DNA from: an uncultured delta proteobacterium | Lineage (GTDB): Bacteria; Desulfobacterota; Binatia; UBA9968 | Assembly (NCBI GenBank): GCA_963745835.1 | Contig: CAVUZH010000022.1 | Span: 256,001 to 320,000, forward strand | Direction of reading: 5' to 3' | DNA length: 64,000 nt | Shown here: piece after piece, positions 41,453 to 49,750 of the stretch | Position numbering within the stretch: position 1 is the stretch's first letter | Layout of the letters: every line of letters starts with the position of its first letter | Notes under the pieces: generated by a model | What the model was told of the DNA's origin: nothing | The model's database searches: none | What the model saw: only the letters and a program-made list of their open reading frames with translations | Position numbers and translations under genes: made by a program

Positions 41453-42427
41453 CTATGGATAGAGCTCCTTCATGAGACCGCTTTTGTCGAGATTATCGAG
41501 GAAGCGTCGATCGACAAATTGCTCAGGCTTAACGGTTTTGGCGGCAGGCACTGTTTTCGCCAGATCATCGAGCGCGTTCTGCAGCCCGAGCATGTTGATG
41601 TAGGGCGCCTTCTCCAGCACCTTGCCCATGTAGAGCTCGTAAGCCTTCTGTAAAACGGTCTGGTCCTGGATTTTGGTGTACTTGGACATCGACTTATACG
41701 TCAACTCTTTATCGCTGCGGGCGCGCTGAACGCCGCGCGCATAGGCGCGCATGAAGCGGTCGATGACAGCGGGCCTGCTTTTAATGACCGATCCGACCGC
41801 CACCAGAGAAGGGTTGGGGAAAGCAAAGTCCATATCCGTAATATTAATCAATTCTTTGAAGCCGGCCTTTTCCACCGCGAATTGGGTTGGCGGCGAGACC
41901 ACTCCGCCTTCGATCGATCCACCTTGCAGCCCCGCTGCAACAGTCGCCATAAAGCCTAGCTGGATCAACGTGAGATCTCTCTCTGCATTGATGTTGTATT
42001 TTCTAAGCGCGTAACGGACCGAAATATCGGGCGCAGAACCAAAACGGGTGATGCCGATCTTCTTCCCCTTTAACGCTTCGATAGTTTTGATCTCAGGCCT
42101 GACATAGAGAGAAAAGATCATCTTATTGCCGGAATTCCCAATGATCTTTAAATCGGCGCCCTGCAGCGCCGCGGCCATTGCAGAGCTGCCGTTCATCGAG
42201 CCGACATCGATTTCGCCGGCAACGGTCACTTGCGCCAGCTGAGTGCCGCTGGGAATCAGCACGATCTGATCTTCGAGGCCTTCCTTGGCAAAGTAGCCGG
42301 CATCATGCGCAACCCAGATCGGGATGTAAGCGCCGCTGATCGAACTGTAGCCGATCCGGATTCTATCCGCGGCTCCAAGAGAATGCGTCCACATAAGAAG
42401 AACAAGGCAAATTAGGATTCGTTTCAT
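41453..42427 (-). CDS. ABC transporter substrate-binding protein (NMT1/SsuA-like)
   Basis: Signal peptide, IRIGYS, WVAHDAGYFAKEGL and LKGKKIGITRFGS. Confidence 0.85.
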   Translation of the reverse strand: MKRILICLVLLMWTHSLGAADRIRIGYSSISGAYIPIWVAHDAGYFAKEGLEDQIVLIPSGTQLAQVTVAGEIDVGSMNGSSAMAAALQGADLKIIGNSGNKMIFSLYVRPEIKTIEALKGKKIGITRFGSAPDISVRYALRKYNINAERDLTLIQLGFMATVAAGLQGGSIEGGVVSPPTQFAVEKAGFKELINITDMDFAFPNPSLVAVGSVIKSRPAVIDRFMRAYARGVQRARSDKELTYKSMSKYTKIQDQTVLQKAYELYMGKVLEKAPYINMLGLQNALDDLAKTVPAAKTVKPEQFVDRRFLDNLDKSGLMKELYP

Positions 42428-42661
42428 GTTACGTCCTTTCGAAATTGCTCTAGGTCGACGGACCGGGTCATATCATGAAACACCGATCTTTAACCACACG
42501 GGAGTTCTCTGGATCTACCAGCAATAATTCGATTCGGGCCGTGATCTGCCGCTCAACTCAGCTTCTAAATCGTGTTTCGCTTTAGATACGTGATAATATG
42601 TGATAACTCTCTAACTACAGGGACGGGGCTCGTTCCGATTCGAAAGGCGCATTCCTTACAC

Positions 42662-43429
42662 ATGAAGATCATCCAGGTTCCGCTACTGCGGGATAATTAC
42701 GCTTATCTACTGATCTGCGATAAGAGCAAAGAGGCGGCGGTCATCGACCCTTCTGAAGCCGAGCCGGCCTTGAGACGAGCAGAACAGGAAAACATCACTC
42801 TTACGGCGATACTAAACACGCATCATCATCGCGATCACACCGGCGGCAACGAAGGGATTCTTGCGCAGCACAAGCTCGATGTTTACGGTCATAAGAGTGA
42901 TAGCGCGAGAATCTTTGGTTTAACCCGAGGCGTCGAAGAAGGGGATGAGATCAAGATCGGTGATGTGACCGGCAAAGTTCTTTTTGTTCCGGGGCACACC
43001 AGCGGCCATGTCGCTTACCTCTTCGGCAGCAACCTGTTTTGCGGCGATACCTTATTCACCGCCGGCTGCGGCCGGCTGTTCGAGGGCACGCCCGAGCAGA
43101 TGCATGGATCGTTAAAAAAACTACTGGCGCTTCCGGACGATACGAAAGTTTATTGCGGTCACGAGTATACCGAAAGCAATCTCCGTTTTGCCGTGACACT
43201 GGAACCGAAGAACCATAAGCTGGCCTCCAGATTTGAGCGGGTGCAAGGATTAAGAGCACGAGGCGCTTCCACGGTGCCCGCCACCCTGGAAGAAGAAAGG
43301 CAAACCAACCCGTTCTTGCGCTGGGATAGTAAAGAGCTTCAAGCGGCACTCAAATCTCAGGACCCTGATCTTCGTCTAGATCCTGTTTCCGTATTTGCGA
43401 AAGTGCGCCAGCTCAAAGATTCCTTTTAA
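42662..43429 (+). CDS. gloB: Hydroxyacylglutathione hydrolase (glyoxalase II)
   Basis: DNYAY, THHHRDHTGG, PGHTSGH, GDTLFTAGCGRLFEG, CGHEYT and TNPFLR. Confidence 0.92.
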   Translation: MKIIQVPLLRDNYAYLLICDKSKEAAVIDPSEAEPALRRAEQENITLTAILNTHHHRDHTGGNEGILAQHKLDVYGHKSDSARIFGLTRGVEEGDEIKIGDVTGKVLFVPGHTSGHVAYLFGSNLFCGDTLFTAGCGRLFEGTPEQMHGSLKKLLALPDDTKVYCGHEYTESNLRFAVTLEPKNHKLASRFERVQGLRARGASTVPATLEEERQTNPFLRWDSKELQAALKSQDPDLRLDPVSVFAKVRQLKDSF

Positions 43430-43726
43430 CCGCTTGCTCTGCGAGGCTGGCGCATTACCGAGCGCTCAGGGCATCGCGCCATACTGAAACCATCAACCAC
43501 GCGCGCCCGCTGAGTCTTCACTCAAGTAAGCAGATTGCTGACGGCAACTCTCCAACAAAGAACTTTTCACAAGGAACCTGTCTCTGCTACACTGCTCTGG
43601 CTCGGTCGGCGGCGTTCCCAGATCGGCAGCAATGTTCATGATCGCACCTTTTATGATTTCTCACCATGCAGGCAAAAACTCAGCTTTGGACGGTCTACCA
43701 TTGAGCAGCAAACGTAAAGGATCACG

Positions 43727-44839
43727 ATGATGATCCCCGGCGCAGCGACACTTGCGGGCACGAATCGTTACCGGGAGCGTTTTGCCGACAGAATTCACCG
43801 CGGTCACTTTCGGCAATCTCAAGGGTTGTGGATGTCTTCGATTGGGATCGGCACTTATCTCGGAGATTACGACACGGAGACCGACCGTCAGTACTGCCAG
43901 GCTATCAGCCGCGCGGTTCAGTGCGGCTGTAACGTGATCGACAGCGCGATAAATTATCGCCTGCAAAGAAGCGAGCGCGCAGTCGGCGCAGCCTTGCAGG
44001 ATCTTGCGGCCAAGGGATTTCAACGGGATGAAATCATTGTCGCTACCAAGGGAGGGTTCATCCCTTATGACAGCGCGCCGCCAGTCGATGTCCGGCGCTA
44101 TTTTGAAGAAACCTTCTTTCAGCCCGGCATCGCCAGCGCTTCCGACATCGTCAGCAACTCTCATTGCATTAGCCCGGCCTATCTCTTGAATCAGCTCGAC
44201 TGCAGCTTGAAGAATCTGTCTCTCGAGTGCCTCGATATCTATTACGTCCACAATCCGGAAAGCCAGTTAGGCAAAATATCCCGTGAGGAATTCAATAGTC
44301 GGTTGCTGAAAGCGTTTGACGCGATGGAGCAGGCAGTCTCGGCGGGAAAAATCCGCATGTACGGGACCGCAACATGGAACGGATACCGCAATGATCCGCA
44401 GGCAAAGGATTACCTATCGCTGGCCGAGATCATTGGTCTAGCGACAAAAGCCGGCGGCAAAGATCATCACTTTAAAGTGATACAAGTGCCGTTCAATCTT
44501 GGCATGAATGAAGCGTTGTCCGTATCAAACCAAATAGTGGAAGGCAAAACCCTTACCATTTTAGAAGCGGCGCAAGCCTTCGGCATTACGGTTATGTGCA
44601 GCGCCTCCATCCTACAGGGCCAGCTCGCCGCCCATCTTCCGTCAATGATCGGCGCCGCATTAAGCGGGCTTGAAACCGACAGCCAAAGATCGATTCAATT
44701 CGTGCGTTCGACCGCGGGAGTCACCACCGCCCTGGTGGGCATGAAACAGCTCAAGCATGTCGAAGAGAATTTGCGTACCGCCCGAGTCGCACCCGCGCCA
44801 TGGGAACAATACTCAAAGTTGTTTGAGTCGAATTCCTAA
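43727..44839 (+). CDS. Aldo/keto reductase
   Basis: SIGIGTYLG, DSAINY, ATKGG and DIYYVHNP. Confidence 0.88.
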   Translation: MMIPGAATLAGTNRYRERFADRIHRGHFRQSQGLWMSSIGIGTYLGDYDTETDRQYCQAISRAVQCGCNVIDSAINYRLQRSERAVGAALQDLAAKGFQRDEIIVATKGGFIPYDSAPPVDVRRYFEETFFQPGIASASDIVSNSHCISPAYLLNQLDCSLKNLSLECLDIYYVHNPESQLGKISREEFNSRLLKAFDAMEQAVSAGKIRMYGTATWNGYRNDPQAKDYLSLAEIIGLATKAGGKDHHFKVIQVPFNLGMNEALSVSNQIVEGKTLTILEAAQAFGITVMCSASILQGQLAAHLPSMIGAALSGLETDSQRSIQFVRSTAGVTTALVGMKQLKHVEENLRTARVAPAPWEQYSKLFESNS

Positions 44840-44978
44840 TAGCATCAGGAATTGATGATTTCGCACCGGGCTGACACGCGACCAGAGGCTGCCTGAGATA
44901 TCACAGAGAAGAGCTACTTCGGAATAAGAAGTGATAGGAACCAAAAAATTTAAGCTCGAAGAATCACTCTTTCTAGCC

Positions 44979-45144
44979 CTAGCAGGTTGCTGAAAAACTC
45001 TGGTTGCGGGCTGCTCAAGAAGATCCAGGTGCGAGGCGAGCGAATTACAAGGGTGAAAGCGGAAATCTGAAAGCGGAATTCAGTTTTCAGCTTTCATAAT
45101 TCATCTTTTCGAAACCATATGGGTCTTTTTCAGCAGCCTGTTAG
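44979..45144 (-). repeat. Family B MITE (best-preserved ends)
   Basis: CTAGCAGGTTGCTGAAAAA...TTTTTCAGCAGCCTGTTAG; reverse complement of the 38004 copy. Confidence 0.88.
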
Positions 45145-46085
45145 TTCGCGGTGAGTGAATCTAGCTCACCGAACAATTTTTCCAATCGTTCGAGTGCCGG
45201 TGCGGGCAGGGGCGGCTTCAGAATAGCTTCGATATTGGCTTTAAGATGCTCCGGGTTGCCGGTGCCGGTGAGGACAACATTGACGGCGGGTTCATGCCGG
45301 CAGAAACGATAGGCCGCTTCCGGAATTGTCGCGGCAACCCCTTCCTTGAGAAGAAACCCAAGCGGATCATCCGCGTTGACCGCGCCACGCGGAAGCACTC
45401 CCTTTTGCATCAATTCGCCGCACAGGCTTTTTAAACGATTCGACTGGCTCAAAGCCCTGCGAACGGCGAACATGTCCAAGACCCCGACCTTTTTTGCGGC
45501 CGTCAATGGAAAGACGGTTCTGCGCGCCGACGGATTGAGAAGGTTAAAACCGACCATCACCACATCCCACAGATCTTCTCTCAAACTTTCTTGCAGCATC
45601 TGATGCGAGGTATCCGTGGCAAACCCCTCGGTCACACCGATAAAGCGAATCTTGCCTTGATCGCGCAGGCGCCGCATGGCCGGCATTAATTTCTCTTTGG
45701 CGAAGACGTAATCTTTCGGCTCGACGCCATGAAGGTGATAGATATCGATATAGTCCGTGCCGATTGATTTCAGACTCTGCTCCAGACCCTTGATGACCTG
45801 CTCCGCGGGGTTGCTGTGATCGACCGGCGGTAAGGTCTTTTTGGTTGAGATAATCAAGTGCTCCCGCGGTAGTCCGGCAATCGCTTTGCCGACGACGGGC
45901 TCGGTTCCATACGACTGAGCGGTATCGAGAAAATTGATACCCAAGTCGATGGCCTGTCGAACCAGCGAAACGGCGCCGGCTTCGGCGGCGACGTTGTCGC
46001 GCAGCCCGAGGCGGCTCGGCCCGCCGCAGCCTAGACCGGCAACGCTTACCTTCAGAGCCGTGCGACCTAAGATAGTGTATTCCAT
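45141..46085 (-). CDS. Aldo/keto reductase
   Basis: LGRTALKVS, GINFLDTAQSYG, ISTK and DYIDIYHLH. Confidence 0.9.
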   Translation of the reverse strand: MEYTILGRTALKVSVAGLGCGGPSRLGLRDNVAAEAGAVSLVRQAIDLGINFLDTAQSYGTEPVVGKAIAGLPREHLIISTKKTLPPVDHSNPAEQVIKGLEQSLKSIGTDYIDIYHLHGVEPKDYVFAKEKLMPAMRRLRDQGKIRFIGVTEGFATDTSHQMLQESLREDLWDVVMVGFNLLNPSARRTVFPLTAAKKVGVLDMFAVRRALSQSNRLKSLCGELMQKGVLPRGAVNADDPLGFLLKEGVAATIPEAAYRFCRHEPAVNVVLTGTGNPEHLKANIEAILKPPLPAPALERLEKLFGELDSLTAN

Positions 46086-46103
46086 AACTTCAATAAAAAC
46101 GCT

Positions 46104-46230
46104 GTTCCAGTCGTTCCAACCGTTCCTGTAGTTCCATTTCGTAAACCCGTTTGCTTACCGATAAACTCAGCGCACCCAGAAGTTGCTTTGACACGGTTGG
46201 AACCATTGGAACTTCTGGAACCATTGGAAC
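46104..46230. repeat. Inverted pair of 9-bp-period GTTCCA arrays
   Basis: GTTCC(A) at 46104, 46113, 46122 and 46131; TGGAAC at 46198, 46207, 46216 and 46225. Confidence 0.8.
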
Positions 46231-46237
46231 ACGCTTT

Positions 46238-46690
46238 TTACCATTCGACTCTGATCCCCAGCACCTCCCCGGTCGCTCGCAGTTCACCGGCGGCGGTCAA
46301 CGCGCAATGAACCAAAGCCTTGCGGCCCTCGATTTTGATGATACGCGCACGCAAATGGATCAGTTCCGCAAGCGGCGTAGGCTTTAGATAGGACACATTT
46401 AAATTCGCGGTGACGTAGCCGATGCGCGGCGTACTACCCAGCGGACGTTGCTCCTGTTTGTAGGCGTGCGCTATAGCAAGATTCAAGCTGTGGCAATCGA
46501 TGAGCGAAGCAATGATGCCGCCATTGAGGTTTTGTTTCGTCCCGCCACAATGGTGCGGCTGAGCAAGCCAGCTTGCTATCGCTTCATCGCCATCCCAGTA
46601 GCTTTTGATCCGTAAACCTTGTTCGTTGTCGGCGCCGCAGCCGTGGCAGTAGCGCACCGTGCCCTGATCCTGAAATGCTTGCCCATCCAT
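46238..46690 (-). CDS. PaaI-family (hotdog) thioesterase
   Basis: CHGCGADN, LNGGIIASLIDCH and VTANLNVSYLKPTP. Confidence 0.85.
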   Translation of the reverse strand: MDGQAFQDQGTVRYCHGCGADNEQGLRIKSYWDGDEAIASWLAQPHHCGGTKQNLNGGIIASLIDCHSLNLAIAHAYKQEQRPLGSTPRIGYVTANLNVSYLKPTPLAELIHLRARIIKIEGRKALVHCALTAAGELRATGEVLGIRVEW

Positions 46691-46703
46691 CGGAAGGCAG
46701 GGT

Positions 46704-47108
46704 CTACTTCTTTTCCAGCTTCAATGAGGCCGAATTGATGCAGTAGCGCAAGTGAGTCGGCGCAGGCCCGTCATCAAACACATGGCCTAGATGAGCATTG
46801 CATCGGCCGCAGAGCACTTCCGTGCGGCGCATAAGAAAGCTGTTGTCGCTTTCGGTTTCGACCTTGTCCTCGGCAATCGGCTGGTAAAAACTCGGCCACC
46901 CGGTGCCGGAATCGAATTTGGTGTCGGAGCTGAATAGCTCGTTGCCGCAACAGGAACAGTGATAAGTTCCCTGGTCGTGACAGTCCCAGTATTTTCCGGT
47001 GAAAGCCCGTTCGGTGCCTTTCTGGCGGCACACCTCGTACTGCTCCGGCGACAGCTCTTTGCGCCACTCTTCATCGGACTTTTCGATCTTTTCCTTTGCT
47101 TCACTCAT
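46704..47108 (-). CDS. msrB: Peptide-methionine (R)-S-oxide reductase MsrB
   Basis: [29 protein letters not shown] and RYCINS. Confidence 0.97.
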   Translation of the reverse strand: MSEAKEKIEKSDEEWRKELSPEQYEVCRQKGTERAFTGKYWDCHDQGTYHCSCCGNELFSSDTKFDSGTGWPSFYQPIAEDKVETESDNSFLMRRTEVLCGRCNAHLGHVFDDGPAPTHLRYCINSASLKLEKK

Positions 47109-47135
47109 GGTTTCCTCCTGAACGACCCTGCTCGC

Positions 47136-47627
47136 TCAGCTCTGCATATTGATGAACTGCAGGGGAATCGGCAGATTCGACGACCTTAGCAGTTTGATGA
47201 CAGCCTGCAGATCGTCAATCTTTTTGGCCGTGACTCGTACCTGCTTTTCCTGTATAGCCGCTTGAACCTTCATCTTCTGATCCTTGATCATTTTGACAAT
47301 CGCCCGGGCAGTATCGGAATCCACCCCTTCCTTGATCGTGATCGCCTTCTGAATCATCCCCTGTGCTGCCATTTCGCTTGGCTTGTATTCCAAGCACCGA
47401 GTGTCGACTTTTCGCTTGACCAGATTTTCCACCAATGTTTCCTGCACCGCCCGCATCTTCATTTCGTCTTCCGTCGTAACGTTGATCTTCTTGTCTTTCT
47501 TATCCAGCACGATCTCCGTTTTGGATTCGCGAAAATCGTAGCGCGATTGAATTGTCTTTTTGGTGATATTCACCGCGTTATCGACTTCCTGCAGGTCGAT
47601 ACGGTTAACAACATCGAAAGACGCCAT
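47136..47627 (-). CDS. yajQ: YajQ family cyclic-di-GMP-binding protein
   Basis: MASFDVV...QEVDNAV, RYDF, KVQAAIQ...VRV...DDLQ and PLQFIN. Confidence 0.93.
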   Translation of the reverse strand: MASFDVVNRIDLQEVDNAVNITKKTIQSRYDFRESKTEIVLDKKDKKINVTTEDEMKMRAVQETLVENLVKRKVDTRCLEYKPSEMAAQGMIQKAITIKEGVDSDTARAIVKMIKDQKMKVQAAIQEKQVRVTAKKIDDLQAVIKLLRSSNLPIPLQFINMQS

Positions 47628-47642
47628 GAATTTTCTCCTGCT

Positions 47643-47803
47643 TTAGCCAGCTGCTGAAAAAATTCGTATGCTCTGGAAAAGATGAAATTATGAAAGCTGA
47701 AAATTGAATTCCGCTTTCAGACTTCCGCTTTCATCCTTGTACTTCGCGAGCCTCGCCTCTAGTTCTTCTGCATAGCTTGCAAGGTTTTTCGACAATCTGT
47801 CAG
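47643..47803 (+). repeat. Family B MITE (degenerate)
   Basis: TTAGCCAGCTGCTGAAAAA start and the shared core GAAAAGATGAAATTATGAAAGCTGAAA...TTCCGCTTTCATCCTTGTA. Confidence 0.8.
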
Positions 47804-48339
47804 AGAACCTTACTGGCTCTGCGGACCCTGGCGGTCTTGGAACGTTTACCCTTTTTTGCCGCTGGCGATTTCTTGCGCGCCTTTTTGCGCGCGCCTGAGT
47901 CCTTGATACCGGCCCCGCTCAACACGAAGTCCAAAATATCGCTGCGCGTGATTATTCCCACCAGCTGCTTTTCTTTGACCACCGGTAGCGAGCCGATACG
48001 ATGATGGCGCAACAACGCCACTGCGGTGGCTAACGGCGTTTCGGGTTCGACCGTAAAAACATCATGCGTCATCACTTCCTCAACGGTATAGGACTCGGCG
48101 AATTTGTCGATCTCTTTAGTGCGTCCGATCAACATGCTGGTCGGATACGCATCACGGATGTCTCGATCGGTGACAATCCCCATCAAACGGTCATGATCGA
48201 GCACCGGCAACTGATTGACGCGGTGTTTGGCCATGAGCTGGCGGGCGACGGAAATACTATCGTAGATCTCAACCGCCAAAACCGTCTCCGTCATCCAGTC
48301 TGCCACCTTGATCTCGTTGGAGTTCTTTACAGCTTCCAT
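47800..48339 (-). CDS. CBS-domain protein with basic C-terminal tail
   Basis: Two CBS repeats (LPV...GIVTDRDI; LPV...GIITRSDI). Confidence 0.88.
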   Translation of the reverse strand: MEAVKNSNEIKVADWMTETVLAVEIYDSISVARQLMAKHRVNQLPVLDHDRLMGIVTDRDIRDAYPTSMLIGRTKEIDKFAESYTVEEVMTHDVFTVEPETPLATAVALLRHHRIGSLPVVKEKQLVGIITRSDILDFVLSGAGIKDSGARKKARKKSPAAKKGKRSKTARVRRASKVL

Positions 48340-49229
48340 TATTCTTGCTCCACCCTATAGCCTCGGCCCTTCAATAACTGGATGACGCCATTTTTGCCAA
48401 CCAGATGAGCCGCGCCGACGACGATCAACGCGTTCTCGCCTCTCGATAACAGGCCTTCGATCTGCGGTAGCCAGCGCCGGTTGCGATCATCAATCACTTT
48501 TCGATGGATCTCCGGATAATCGCGCATGCCCGCCAGGAGATGTCTTTCCAATGAGTCGACGTCGCCACTTTTCCACGCGCGCACAATTTCCGTGACATTT
48601 CGTTCCAAATGGTCCATCTCATTCATACTCTGGCGCAGCAAGAGTTCTTGATCCTTTGCCGAAAATTGATCGAACAAATTGAGCTGAAATTCAGCAGTTT
48701 CTAAGCCGCCAGTGGGCTTGTTGGATTGAATGGCGCGCCCGGCAAAGTATCGATCGATACCCAATCTCGGATCAAATCCCAGCTGTTGCAGCTTCATGGC
48801 CGCCATGGTCGTGGCGACAATCCAGGGCTTAAAAGAATTCAACAGCCGAATATCGATACCCAGCTCTTTGGCCCTCGTCGCGACACTTTCGTAGGTTTCG
48901 TTGGAGACATTCTGATGCAACCCGGTGCCATTGGTACTGGCACCTTTCTGCAGCATCAGCTGCTGAACCTTTTCGGCGTTTACGCTGAGCAAGTCGATCT
49001 CCAGAACCAATTTTTTCGCCTGCTCAAATGCGTTTTCAATGCTCTGCTTGAGTGGGTAGGCCTCCTTATTCAGCAAATGAATCGAGCCGAGGATATAAAG
49101 ATTGTTCTGGCCAGAATCCACTTTCCAGAGGAAGCTCTTTTCTTGCGCGCTTAGCTGACCGGCCAGAGCAACAGACAAAAATCCGAGCCCGAGCAGAGTC
49201 AGCAAACGTAATTTTCTCTGAGGTGTCAT
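48339..49229 (-). CDS. TraB/GumN family protein
   Basis: FLWKV, YILGSIH, GLETAEFQ, RNRRW and VVGAAHL. Confidence 0.9.
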   Translation of the reverse strand: MTPQRKLRLLTLLGLGFLSVALAGQLSAQEKSFLWKVDSGQNNLYILGSIHLLNKEAYPLKQSIENAFEQAKKLVLEIDLLSVNAEKVQQLMLQKGASTNGTGLHQNVSNETYESVATRAKELGIDIRLLNSFKPWIVATTMAAMKLQQLGFDPRLGIDRYFAGRAIQSNKPTGGLETAEFQLNLFDQFSAKDQELLLRQSMNEMDHLERNVTEIVRAWKSGDVDSLERHLLAGMRDYPEIHRKVIDDRNRRWLPQIEGLLSRGENALIVVGAAHLVGKNGVIQLLKGRGYRVEQE

Positions 49230-49422
49230 GAAGTTCTGCGCTTCAACAGCCTGATCCAACGAGCAGGCTATGCAAGCGCATGTAGAAATTTACCTTTTCT
49301 CACGAAAGTTGACCAGAGCTGCAGTTAGAAGGTTGTAAATTCCCTATCGGCAGTCTTGGGAGCGTGAAACGGAACCGCGGAGGGGCCTCAGAAGCAATCC
49401 CGCGGCAAAAAGATGGGCTTAC

Positions 49423-49740
49423 TTACCATTCGAGGCGAATGCACACATCTTCGCCTTTTTCCTCGGCCGGGAGCACCGTCAGCGGCGGTCCTCCTTGAGG
49501 CAGCATGCACTCGCCGGTTTTGAGATCAAAACAATAGCCATGATTGTTGCAACGCAACTTGGCTCCGTTCAGCAGTTGTCCGGCGGATTGCAAGTCGGCC
49601 TCTTCATGAGGACACTGCCTCGAGAACGCAAAGTATTTCCCCTCGGCGAACGTCAACAGCACCTGACGTCCGCCGAGGTCGACTTCTTTCATGACACCCG
49701 GCGCCAACTCGCCAATACGGGCAACCGGTATATAGCTCAC
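49423..49740 (-). CDS. Rieske [2Fe-2S] ferredoxin
   Basis: CPHEEADL...CNNHGYCFDLKTG. Confidence 0.88.
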   Translation of the reverse strand: MSYIPVARIGELAPGVMKEVDLGGRQVLLTFAEGKYFAFSRQCPHEEADLQSAGQLLNGAKLRCNNHGYCFDLKTGECMLPQGGPPLTVLPAEEKGEDVCIRLEW

Positions 49741-49750
49741 TCCCATTCGA

